The notes beneath the pieces were generated by a model. That model did not search any database. It worked only from the letters and a program-made list of their open reading frames with translations, and was not told the origin of the DNA. 64,000 nucleotides of DNA from Hypanus sabinus. Lineage: Eukaryota. The position numbers were made by a program, and so were the translations under genes. Below are positions 1-11,639 of the stretch, in pieces (positions within the stretch are counted from its first letter, which is position 1; each line of letters begins with the position of its first letter). Where the stretch lies: NCBI RefSeq assembly GCF_030144855.1, contig NC_082713.1, forward strand, positions 52,328,001 to 52,392,000. Direction: 5' to 3'.

Positions 1-226
1 TTTTTTACTCAGAGAGTGGTAGCTGTGTGGAATGAGCTTCTAGTAGAAGTGGTAGAGGCAGGTTCGGTATTGTCATTTTAAGTAAAGTTGGATAGATATA
101 TGGACAAGAAAGGAATGGAGGGCTATGGGCTGAGTGCGGGCCAGTGGGATTAGAGTAAGCGTGGACACGGACTAGAAGGGCCGAGATGGCCTATTTCCGT
201 GCTGTAATTGTTATATGGTTATATGG
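1..226 (+). mobile_element. CR1-type LINE 3' end (truncated by window edge)
   Basis: Typical CR1 3' terminus (ttttactcagagagtggtagctgtgtggaatgagct...gggccgagatggcctatttccgtgctgt) ending in a short (ttatatgg)n tail. Confidence 0.8.
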
Positions 227-556
227 AAATGACAATGCTGCGCAATATCTCAGGTGGTTATAGAGAAAAGAAAATCAAGTACAATTACCAATATTTGATT
301 TCTATGACATCCTCCCAAGTGCAAGTTTAATGGTTGAAATCTAGGAAGGCAGAAACCATTTGCAAAAATAACATGCTAACCTTTCAATGGTTATTATAAG
401 GAGTGATCCATAATTAATATCCAATGGGGCAAAGTACCAGAGAGCATGTAGACTTGAGGAAGTAAACAAAGGAAAAAACAAAACTGCAAAAAAAACATGT
501 AAAATTCCTTTACACTATTGACTGTCAGAAAAGCAATAAAATAATTTTTCATCTAC

Positions 557-687
557 CTTATCTGCATCTTTCCCGTCAACTTCAAGCAAATCTTCAAATG
601 ACCACCATGCCACCTGCTTGTATGCATCACCTTTATCAGCTTTTTTAAATTTCACAAGGGAAGCTTGAAATGGATGATCAGTTGATA
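557..687 (-). CDS. EXOC1/Sec3-like paralogue, coding exon 2 (Sec3 N-terminal PIP2-binding PH-like domain)
   Basis: 131-nt exon with acceptor tttccttgtgtag| and donor AAG|gtagat. Encodes (V)STDHPFQASLVKFKKADKGDAYKQVAWWSFEDLLEVDGKDADK, colinear with EXOC1 residues ~42-85 as recalled ([44 protein letters not shown]). Phase matches the exon at 8697-8820. The gene continues past position 1. Confidence 0.9.
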
Positions 688-922
688 CTACACAAGGAAA
701 TAAATGGAGAATCATTACAACTAATGGCAGAATACTATTAGAAGCAAAAAAATCTGTTATACTTGATTGATCTATCTGAATTCAACTTTATTTTAGATCA
801 GCACAGTAAAAGCTTGGTTTAAGTAAACTCAAAAGGTTTTAAATTCATTTTTCTCATGTGTACTAAATAATGACAGATAATTCAATTTGACCTTTCAAGC
901 AAATGCATATGCAAATCATAAA

Positions 923-1010
923 TGGGTCTCAGCCCAAACATTGACTGTTTATTCATCTCAATAGATGCTGCCTGACCCACTGAGTTTTTCCAGCACTTTC
1001 TGTGTGTTAT
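923..1010 (+). repeat. Penelope-derived short repeat (3' tail fragment)
   Basis: gggtctcagcccaaacattgactg...agatgctgcctgacccactgagtttttccagcac, the same tail that follows the GIY-YIG remnants elsewhere in the window. Confidence 0.65.
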
Positions 1011-1174
1011 GTATGCAAATATGAGGTCATACTTTCTGCCCATTCATTGCCAGTGGTTGAAAGTGCAACTTATTTTGAGTCTTTGCCTTCATTGTAGTAT
1101 GTAGGAGCTCAGGTTCCAGAGGCAGACAATTTCATTTAAGCTGTCAAAAAGGAGGATCTCTCTGCATGTCAACT

Positions 1175-2832
1175 CTGGCAGGGATTGCAAGACATTACTT
1201 TCTACAAAGTGAAACTGAATAGCATGAATGGCAACAATGCTTCACTGCCAGATGAACTCAACACCTTCTATGCCAGCTTTGAAAGGGAGAATATAACTGC
1301 AGTTGTGAAGATCTCCACTGCACCCGGTGACCCTGTAATCTCTGTCTTGGAGGCTGTCTCTAAAGAAAGCGGAAGGCCCCAACAGAGTACCTGGTAAGGC
1401 TCTGAAAACTTGTGCTAACCAACTGGTGGGAATATTCAGGATATTTTCAACCCCTCACTGCTTGGCAGAAGTTCCCACTTGCTTCAAAAAGGCAACACTT
1501 ATACCAGTGCCTAAGAAGATCAATGTGGGCTTCCTTAAAGACTATGGCCCAGCAGTACTCACATCTACAACGATGAAACATTTTGAGAGATTGGTCATGA
1601 CCAGACAGAACTCCTGCCTCAGCCAGGACCTGACCCACTGCAATTTGCCTATCACCACAATAGGTCAATGGCAGACACAAACTTAATGGCTCTTCACACG
1701 GCCTTGGACCACCTGGACAATACAAACATCTATATCAGGATGCTGTTCATCGACTATCGCTCAGCATTTAACACCATCATTCCCATAACCCTAATTGAGA
1801 AGTTACAGAACCTGGGCCTCTGTACTTCCCTCTGCAATTGAATCCTTGATTTCCTAACCGGAAGAGCACAACCTGTGCGGGTTGGTGATAACATCTCCTC
1901 CTTGCTGACGATCAACACTAGTGCACCTCAGGGGTGTGAGCTTAGCCCACTGCTCTACTCTCTCTATACCCATGACTGTGTGGTTAGGCATAGCTCAAAT
2001 ACCATCTATAAATTTGCTGATCATACAACATTGTTGGTAAAACATCATATGGAGATGAGAGGACATACAGGAACGAGATATACCAACTAGCGGAATGATG
2101 ACACAGCAACAACTTTGCACTCAATGTCAGTAAGACGGAAGAACTGATTGTGGACTTCAGGAAGGGTAAGACAATGGGACACATACCAATCCTCATAGAG
2201 GGATCAGAAATGGAGAGAGTGAGCAATTTCAAGTTCCTGGGTGTCAAGATTTCTGAGGACCTAACTTGGTCCTAACATATTGATGCAGCTATGAAGAAGG
2301 CAAGACAGTGACTATACATCATTAGGCTTCATTTGAAAAAAATTGTTATGTTAACAAAAAGAACTCAAAGGCTTCTACAGATGTACTGTGGAGAGCATTC
2401 TGACAGGCTGCATCACTGTCTGGTACGGGGGTGGGGGGGTGCTAGTGCACAGGACTGAAAGAAGCTGCAGAAGATTGTAAATGTAGTCAGCAGCATCCAT
2501 TATTCAGGACCCCCAGCAAACCCTGATTTTTATTGTTACCATCAGGTAGAAGGTACAAAAGCCTGAAGGCATACACTTAGTGATTCAGGAACAGCTTCTT
2601 CCCCTCTGCCATCTGATTCCTAAATGGACATTGAAGCCATGAACACTACCTCACTTTTTTAATATATATTATTTGCTTTTGCACATTTTAATCTATTCAA
2701 TATACATATACTATAAATAATTAATTAATTTTTACTTGTTTCTTCTATATTATGCATTGCATTGAGCAGCTGCTGCTAAGTTAACAAATTTCACGACACA
2801 TGCTGGTGATTATAAACCTGATTCTGATTCTC
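1175..2832 (+). mobile_element. Rex1/Babar-type LINE, 5'-truncated, decayed RT
   Basis: ORF fragments [54 protein letters not shown]; multiple frameshifts and stops; (ctgatt)n tail. Confidence 0.85.
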
Positions 2833-3994
2833 AACACAATGTTTTATGGAATTTTGTGTAATTGTGAAGGAAACTGTGGAAATCCACTACTTGCAGTTGA
2901 CTGCTTTGGTGAAGCATCTGAAAGAGTTAAAAAAATTAGCTGAAAAAAACTGAAAAATTAGCTTCAATTGTTGTGTTTAGTCTAGAAAATCTTAATTAAC
3001 CATCCTTATAGAATCACTGTGAAAAAAAAATCAAACCCAGAAAACTGCTATAAACTTTAGAATTGCTTTTCTTTATAAAAGAAAAAAAAAACAACAGCTT
3101 TTAATTAATGGGAGTGTTGTTAGTATGCTGGGGAGGTAACAATGTTTGCACGCCTAACATTGCACACCCAAAATTTACACAGTATTCTGAGCTCTATTAT
3201 GGAAAGAAATTACCCCAGAGATAAAGGAAGACATTTGAAGATTTGCTTGAAACCTCTGAGAAAACAGAACATCTCACAGTCTCTTGGGAATTCCTGACTC
3301 ATGGAAGGAGCATTGGGGAGGATATTGAGAAACTCAAGCTTGTGTATCAGGACCACACAGAAGCCATGCTTAAACTGCAGGAGTGCACAACCTCATAATC
3401 CCAAAACCTGTCTGCACGTGGCAATGTCTGAATTTCCCACATTGGCTTTCTCGGTCACTTCAAAACCCACAAACTCAAAGTGGAGATTAGTCATCCTCTA
3501 TCCTAAAGAACATCTGAATTTATTTAAAAAAAGCTTTAAAAAAAGCTTTAAAAATCCCAATTAGAAAATGATATAAGGAAAGAACTTTAAAGGGAGCTGT
3601 TCGTATTTGCCCTTTGGGCCAAGCAAGTCAACCAAGGCCATAGCAGCAAAACCAAACCAAAACAAAAAAAAATCATTTGTTGCTAGCCTGTGGCCACTAC
3701 AGAATTGTTATACTTGCATGGAGTGCCCCCAGCTCCAATGGTTGTTCCAACAGTTGAATCCTTTATTCAATCTTATATTAGCAATTAGCAGACAATCAAA
3801 TTTGAAGCAATGAACTTCAGCGTACCCAAGTGTAAGCTAAACAATATTCAGTAGTCAGCAGAAGGTATGACCTCCACCGGTCCCAAGCTATCAACTGCCA
3901 TGAAATAAGCAAGAATACATTACTTATTCCCTTTCCTTTTACCATGTCTCCACTCATGTGACTCATATTACCATAATAAACATGCAACGCAGAA

Positions 3995-4365
3995 TACAAA
4001 GCAGATAGAGATCAGATACTCTGTATTTGGCTCCTACAAAGGTTACCATGCTGACCATGGTGCCTATCTAAGCTAGTCCTACATTGCTGTAAACTTTTCC
4101 TATTCATGTACTCATCCAAGTTGCTTTTAAATGTTGTAAATGCACCTGCCTCAGCAACTTTCTCTGAGAGTTCACCCTATGTACTGACACTTTCTCGATG
4201 AAAATGTTGCCCCTCAGGTTCTTACCAAAACTCTCCCATCTTATTTTAAAAGCAGACATTCCAGTTCTTGATTTCTCAACTCTGGGAATGTATGCATTCA
4301 TCATATCTATGCCCCTCATACTTTTTAACAACTCTAAGATCATCCATTTTTCTGTTGTGTTCCAG
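3995..4365 (-). mobile_element. decayed CR1 LINE 3' fragment
   Basis: Minus-strand ORF resembles the CR1 ORF2 C-terminus (KSMRGID...PRVEKSRT...LRGNIF). Confidence 0.65.
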
Positions 4366-4659
4366 TGAAAAGTCCCAATTTGTATTCAAAAATGGCAACC
4401 TAAAAACAGGAAATTAAGTGCTGCATAACCAGTAAAATTTTAAAATTAGACATATAAATGCAGCCATAATTACATCCAATTCAAAGTGACATTTTTTGTC
4501 AAAAATATATCATAAGTAACTGCAAACATATTGCTATTAGTGGGGATTTGGAAGCTTAACAACAAGTGCTAATAAATAACCCAGAGATGTATTTCCTGAT
4601 AAAATTTTAATGCCTGTACATCCCAAGAGGTCAGTAAATGCAGTAAGAAAATGAACTTA

Positions 4660-4785
4660 CTTATTATTATTCAATTATTTATGGTTTTATATTGCTATAT
4701 TTCTACACTATTCTTGATTGGTGCGACTGTAACAAAACCCAATTTCCCTCGGGATCAATAAAGTATGTCTGTCTGTTTGTCTGTA
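4660..4785 (+). repeat. Rex1-type LINE 3' tail
   Basis: Near-identical to the tail at 37220-37350 (caatttccctcgggatcaataaagtatg(tctg)n). Confidence 0.75.
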
Positions 4786-5169
4786 TTGCATGTGAGGAGT
4801 CAATGAGCTCCCAGATCAGAAATATAGGAGATAGAATTTTCACAATTGCCACAGTAATTCAGAAAGGAACTTGCATGAAAACAATTAATTCAGAATGATT
4901 TCGATAAATAGTACAGGCCCAGTGCAGTTAGAGAATTCTGATTCAAGTTCATTTCAGCTATTCATAGTTGCACATAACTTTATAAAACACATCAATTACT
5001 TAATTAATTCAGTTTCCATCAAACATTTTCATTTCATTGTAGCACTGGGCTAAAACAGTATATGGAGTACTATAAGACCATAAGACACAAGAGCAGATTT
5101 AGGTCATTTGGCCCATCGAGTCTGCTTTGCCATTCAATCATGACGAGTTTGTTTCTTTTTCTCTCTCAA

Positions 5170-6352
5170 CCCGGACCGGATGAGATGTACCCCAGGCTAC
5201 TGTGGGAAGTGAGGGAGGAGATTGCTGAGTCTCTGGCGATGATCTTTGAATCATTAATGGGGACAGGAGAGGTTCTGGAGGATTGGAGGGTTGTGAATGT
5301 TGTTCCTTTATACAAGAAAGGGAGTAGAGATAGCCCAAGAAATTATAGACCAGTGAGTCTTACTTCAGTGGTTGGTAAGTTGATGGAGAAGACCCTGAGA
5401 GGCAGGATTTATGAGCATTTAGAGAGGTATAATACGATTAGGAGTAGTCTGCATGGCTTTGTCAAGGGCTGGTTGTCCCTTACTAGCCTGATTGTATTTT
5501 TTGAGGATATGACTAAACACATTGATAAAGGAAGAGCAGTAGATGTAGTGTATATGAATTTTCACAAGGCATTTGATAAGGTACCCCATGCAAGGCTTAT
5601 TGAGAAAGTAAGGAGGCATGGGAACTAAGAGGTCATTGCTTTGTGGATCCAGAACTGGCTTGCCCACAGAAGGCAAAGAGAGGTTGAGGACGGGTCATAT
5701 TCTGCATGCAGGTCAGTCACTAGTGGAGTGCCTCAGGGATCTGTTCTGGGACCCTTACTCTTCATGATTTTTACAAATGATCTAGATGAGGAAGTGGAGG
5801 GACGGGTTAGTAAGTTTGCTGATGACATAAAGGTTGGGGGTGCTGTGGATAGTGTGGAGGGCTGTCAGAGGTTACAGCAGGACATTGATAGGATGCAAAA
5901 CTGGGCTGAGAAGTAGCAGATGGACCTCAACCCAGTTAAGTGTGAAGTGGTTCATTTTGGTAGGTCAAATATAATAGCAGAATATTGTATTAATGGTAAG
6001 ACTCTTGGCAGTGAGGAGGATCAGAGGTCTCTTGGGGTCCGAGTCCATAGGACACTCAAAGCAGCTGTGCAGGTTGACTCTGTGGTTAAGAAGGCGTATG
6101 GTGTATTGGCCTTCATAAATCAAGGAATTGAATTTAGGCGCTGAGAGGTAATGTTGCAGCTATATAGGACCCTGGTCAGACCCCACTTGGGAGTACTGTG
6201 CTCAGTTCTGGTCGCCTCACTACAGGAAGGATGTGGAAGCCATAGAAAGGGTGCAGTGGAGATTTACAAGGATGTTGCCTGGATTGGGGAGCATGCCTTA
6301 TGAGAATAGGTTGATTGAAATCGGCCTCTTCTCCTTGGAGTGACGAAGGATG
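5170..6352 (+). mobile_element. CR1 LINE ORF2 (RT) fragment
   Basis: PGPDEMYPRLLWE, NYRPVSLTSVVGKLME, AFDKVPH, GVPQGSVLGPLLF, SKFADD motifs; internal stops and frameshifts. Confidence 0.92.
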
Positions 6353-6850
6353 AGAAGGGAAGGAGGACAGAACCCTGGGGAAAGTAATAGGCAGGTGAGA
6401 GGAAGTGAAAAATCAGAGTGGGGAATGGGGGGTGGGGGTATTTGTTCTCCAGAAGGAGAAATTGATATTCATGCCATCAAGTTGGAAGGCACCCAGATGG
6501 AATACAAGGAGTTGCTCAGTACCCTGAGGATGGCATCATCTTGCCACAAGAGGAGGTCATGGATTGACACCACACGTTGGAACAGGAATGGGAATCAGAA
6601 TTAAAATGTTTGGCCACTAGAAATCCCGGTTGTGGAGGATGGTGTGGAGGTACTTGACAAAACAGTCCCCCAACTTACAACGGGTCTCACCATTGTAGAG
6701 GAGGCCACATCAGGAGCACCAGACACAATACACGACCCCATCAGATTTGCAGGTGAAGTGTTGCCTCACTTGGAAGGACTTTTTGGAGATGAGGAAGGAG
6801 GTGTACGGGAAGGTGTAGCACTTGCAGGGAAAAGTGCCTGGAAGAAGATT
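6353..6850 (-). mobile_element. Penelope-like element, GIY-YIG endonuclease C-terminus and tail
   Basis: Minus strand reads as a decayed GIY-YIG region (CSxCGLLY.GET.R..., EQ.L.F.LG.LQ.DGMNI.F) followed by a pyrimidine-rich tail; joined directly to the CR1 fragment. Confidence 0.7.
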
Positions 6851-8696
6851 AGTTGTTAATTTTTTATAATAATTTTACAATTTACTTATATTTCAAATTT
6901 AATTCAATTAATTTATTTGCAAATTAGTTAGGCAAATTCAGAACTGATGAATACAATTTCGCAGAAATTTCTGGCCATAATTCAATATTCCATTGCGATA
7001 TCCTGGGAACAACAACCTCACCTGACTGGCAATTCAAAAATAGATGTAGTACTTAATGGGATATGAACAGTTGTGCTGCATTATTTTTACAAATTGCATC
7101 TAAACATCCTGAGGAACAGTAATATTAAATACAAGACATTTTAATCATTTCCACTCCCACTTTTATAAGAAGAAAATTAAGATACTCCCACACAGCTCCA
7201 GAACTGATAACAAAGATGTGGATCGAATGCAACAAAACAAATATCGGCCCACGCTTTTCAGTCTAAGTATTTGTCCAACAGTATATCAGATTGTAATTAA
7301 CACCAGGCAGTTTCTCTGATGCCACAAATTAAGAATGAGACTTAAGTACAAGCAAATTTAGTTCTCTAACTGTACAAAAGAGCAACATTATTAGCAATAT
7401 TTCTGTAAAATGGGGAAGTTGCATTGGAACATGCAACATCTGAAATGGCTTTCCCTTACAACTTGTAAAACAAAGTGGTGCATTTAGTATCCACTAAATT
7501 TGCATCATTTAGGTTAAAAAAGGGACATTCAAAGGTGGTCAAAATTTGGTGGAAATCACAAAGACAAAGTACAGTTAAAACCACCACATTACACTGTAAC
7601 ACATTTAGAAATTCAGTTAAACTGGGTAATTCCAAAACATAAATATGCACCTTGAAATATATAGACTATATATTGGCTTCCTGTTCAGATATTGATAACC
7701 AAACAATAATCAATGCCTATAATAAGAGCTTTATCATCACAACCTTTTAAAAAACATTCTTTCATATAAAAATAAATACCCCATCACCATACAGTCCTCT
7801 TTTAGCAACTGAATACCACAGTAGCAACACCATCAGGAAACACAGTTAAATGTACATATGCCAATAGGTAGCTTGCCTTGGTTTCTCCACAGCAGCAGTC
7901 AAATTGTACCCAGCAATAGTTTGCACCATCTTCAATAAAATTTCTTCAAGCATCATGAAGTATTTTCAGGTAGTAACTAAACTCGAAACGTTCTAATGGG
8001 CAGGAAACAACTGACGTTTTCAATTCCCAAAACTTGATTTTAAATATTTGTTCAATGTATGTGCGGTGAGACCAGATTTCATCTCTTTCCTTGACTTTCT
8101 TTAACCTTTAAGAATCTAATTATTTAATTGTCTCATATGCTACTTTACATACGGTAGTACAACACATCAGAGTTAATGACTCAAGTAAATTTTGACAAGA
8201 TAAAAATCTAGCCAATTTACCACAGTGCTTCTTGTTATAAATCGGAAATATATTTTATATTGCTGAGTGAGTTCCGTTAAACTGGTTTACAGTAAACTGA
8301 GCATACCATTTTGTTGTTAAGGTGTTACGGCTTAACTTGGCTTATTACTATCTCATTTAAAATAAGCAAATGATCAGATCAAGTGCATTATGACGTTTTC
8401 AGTTTGAATTATACGGATGCATTTCAAGCTCCAAATCAGAAGAAGCAAATTGAGTTCCCATCTTATAATCGACATCTAAAATGTCTTATACAAGCAGACT
8501 AGATTCTTTTTCAAAACAAGATAGTAGCACTTGAAGCTTCAGCAATTTAAGTCATGGGAAATTGCATACGTATAGCTAACTTTTGTTCAGTGATTGCGGG
8601 ATGCACTTGCTCCTCGCATCAACTTCAAACCGGATGACAACTCGCTGTAAAAGCTGCTTACAAACCACCCAGCTCAGAATCATACAGCCCACGCAC

Positions 8697-8820
8697 CTGC
8701 GGCACATAATATGCAGGTTTTCCGTTTCTTTCCAGCTTTCCAGGCATACACCAAGCCCAGAAGCCTTTCTTCCTGTGGTGTGAAAAAATCCTTCTGTAAC
8801 TGGTTCCGAATGGCAATCAT
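8697..8820 (-). CDS. EXOC1/Sec3-like paralogue, coding exon 1
   Basis: ATG at 8820; 124 nt encoding [41 protein letters not shown] plus 1 nt, then donor GCAG|gtgcgt. Colinear with the EXOC1 N-terminus as recalled ([41 protein letters not shown]). Confidence 0.9.
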
Positions 8821-9019
8821 GTCAGGTAGAGAAAGGACACGAATAACACTTGAAATCAACTCAGAAACTCTCGGAAGGTGAGATAGCTGTACACATGATC
8901 GGGCAACCCTTGCAACCAACACGGACAATCTGGCTAAGTACGTATTATTTCTGGTCGTTGTTGATCGCTCAGCAGAAAGATGAACTGTTTACTACTGTAC
9001 AAGAAACGACTTCTGTGAC

Positions 9020-9320
9020 ACATCCGCCCTCCACCTCCCTGACTTGGCCAACCGACACGCGCTTCCTGCCGCCCGCCGCGCGAGGGAAATCCCACGCGTG
9101 CAGCTCGAGCTCGTCGGCCAAAGCGAGGCTGGCCGCCCCGCCCACCCACCTGATTGACACTCGCACCCCGCGCGCTGCCGACCGTCGGAGACCCTTCGCG
9201 CTGACGGGCTCGCAGTTTGCCCGGTAACTGAATGGTGCCGGAGGATTGGCACTGGTGAGGGAATGATGCCCGAGGTACTCCACAGCACGTCGTGGAAGAT
9301 AGGTCGAAACCCATCGTTGG
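9020..9320 (-). promoter_or_regulatory. CpG-island-like promoter of the EXOC1-like gene
   Basis: Abrupt GC/CpG-rich patch in AT-rich, CpG-depleted DNA, 200-500 nt upstream of the ATG; GC box (ccccgccc ~9136-9143) and ATTGG/CCAAT (~9245). Confidence 0.65.
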
Positions 9321-9384
9321 GTCAACTGGATGAAGCTGCTTGCGTTTCTTCATTTAAACACTAACATTCTTCTTTTCCGGCTCA

Positions 9385-10620
9385 AGGATGGCTTGAATAC
9401 CTATTGTGCAATTGGATCCTTGATTTCCTCACTTGCAGACCTCAGTCATTTTGAACTGGCAGCAACAACTCCTCCATCTGCACAGGTGTCCCTAGGCCCC
9501 TATTGGACACAGGTCTGTATGGCTAAGTACAGCTCCAATATGCCCTATTTAAGTTTGCTGAGGACACCAGTCATAGGTTGAATCAGCATATGGGAGGGAA
9601 ATTAAAAGTCTGGTTGAGTGGCAATATAACAACAGCCTCTTACTCAATGTCAGCAAAACAAGGAGTTGATTATTGACTTCAGGAGGAGAAAACCAGAAGT
9701 CATGAGCCAGAAGTCTTTGGAGGATCAGAGGTGGAGAGGATCAGCAACTTTAAGTTCCTCTATGTTATTATTTCAGAGGACGGCCTGGGCCCAGCACATG
9801 TGCAGTTATGAAGGAAGCATGTCAGAGCTGCTCCTTCCTCAGGAGTTTGTAAAGATTCAGCGTGACATCTAAGACTATAACAAACTTTTACAGTTGTGTA
9901 GTGGAGAGTATATTGATTGGCTGCATCCAACCCGGGCTCCCATACAGACTGACTTGTGTCTGCCCCTCCCGGGCCACACTTCATCAGAAGTGTGAAGAGA
10001 AAAGCACCTGCCATATGAAACAACAAAAGCCTGCTATGGAAACACCAATGCCCTTCACTGGAAAATCCTACAAAAAGTAGTGGATACAACCCAGTCTATC
10101 ACAGGTAAAGCCCTCCCCATCATTGATCACATCTATATGAAATGCTGTTGCAGGAAAACAGTAACCATCATCAGGAACCCCCAGCACCCAGACCATGCTT
10201 CTTTTTAGCAGTTGACACCAGGAAGAAATTGTGGGAACCTAAGGACTCACACCACCAGGTTCAGGAACAGTTATTACCCCTCAACCATCAGGCTCTTGAA
10301 CCAGAGGGGATAATTTCACTTAACCTCACTTGCCCCATCATTGAAATATTCCTACAACCAAGAATTCATTTTAAGGACTCTTTATCTCATGTTCTCAATT
10401 GTTATTCCTTGTATATTCATTATTATTAATTTCTTTTTGTATTTGCACAGTTTGTCATCTTTTGCACTGGTTAAACACCCAAGTTGGTGCGATCTTTCAT
10501 TGATTCTAATATGGTTATTGTTCTATTATGGATTTATTGAGTAGGCCTGCAAGAAGATGAATCTCAGGGTTATATGTGGTGACATATATGCACTTTGATA
10601 ATAAATTTACTTTGAACTTT
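9385..10620 (+). mobile_element. decayed Rex1/Babar-type LINE 3' part
   Basis: Motifs WILDFL, KFA(E)D, IIDFRR, NFYSCVVESILIGCI; tail aataaatttactttgaacttt. Confidence 0.75.
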
Positions 10621-11639
10621 GCTAGGTATTGAGTGGGTCCGGAAGCTAATGTAGTGACTGCAGCTTCCACCATGGATGGAAAAGGAGGTGCCTAGCCTGG
10701 CATGATAGGCAAGTGGATAGTTTGGCAGATGGTGAACACTTTCTGCCCCATTCAGAGGACCTCTGATAGCCTCTTGTTATCAAACACAAAAAGGAGTGTG
10801 CCAGCAATACTGATAGAGTTGCTTCTCCTGCTCCTCCTCTGGGCTCCAGAACACATCAAGACAACTGCCAATTATGAAATTGCAAAGTAGATTTGTGCCA
10901 GCCCCTCAGTATGAGGCAGCAATGTGGGGGGGAAATCTGAAATTGCTCAAAGCTAAGCATCGCTGCCACATTTCTATTCTACTCTTCCTTCCTTCCTCTT
11001 ATTCCAAGCCCCAGCCTCACCTTTCCTATCTTGGTTAACCTTCTGAGACAAGGTAAATTGGTCTACATTGTGGCTTTCCACTGTTCGGTCTTTCTCCATG
11101 TCCCCACAGGTAATGAGTACATATTACATTTTGGATAGGGTTGCTAGCCATAGGTTTTCCTTGACCTTTTTTTAATAGTCATATCCCACCCTTCATTAAC
11201 CTGTACAGTACTTTCTTATGGATTAAATAATCTGGAAATTCTTTTCATGTCATTCTTCACGTTCCACTGAATGTCTCAAACTCACATACTATAACTCTAA
11301 ATAAGCATGGGAGGTTTGGCCCAGTGACATCTACAAATGTGTTTGCTGACAGCAGTTTTACCATACGTAAACTCCCTCATTGCATTCCAGATACTGAAGC
11401 TTCTTTGTTCATATCTTAAACTCGTTTCATTTATTTCAGTAAACCTTTTACTCAGATTGTTTATGTTTAAATAGCTTAATCAATTAAGGTGTATTATATA
11501 TTACCTTATAGTATTTATATTACAAGGTGTATTAACATTGTATTATAGTTATAAGAGGCATAACTTAAAGGACAACAAGTACCTTAATAATCAATAGCCA
11601 ATCACTTTTCTGTTACCTAAAATAACATTTGTTTGTTTC

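Noticed and set aside
8850-9353. Several overlapping 98-139 aa ORFs on both strands
   Set aside because: By-product of GC-rich promoter sequence with few stop codons; no recognisable domain.
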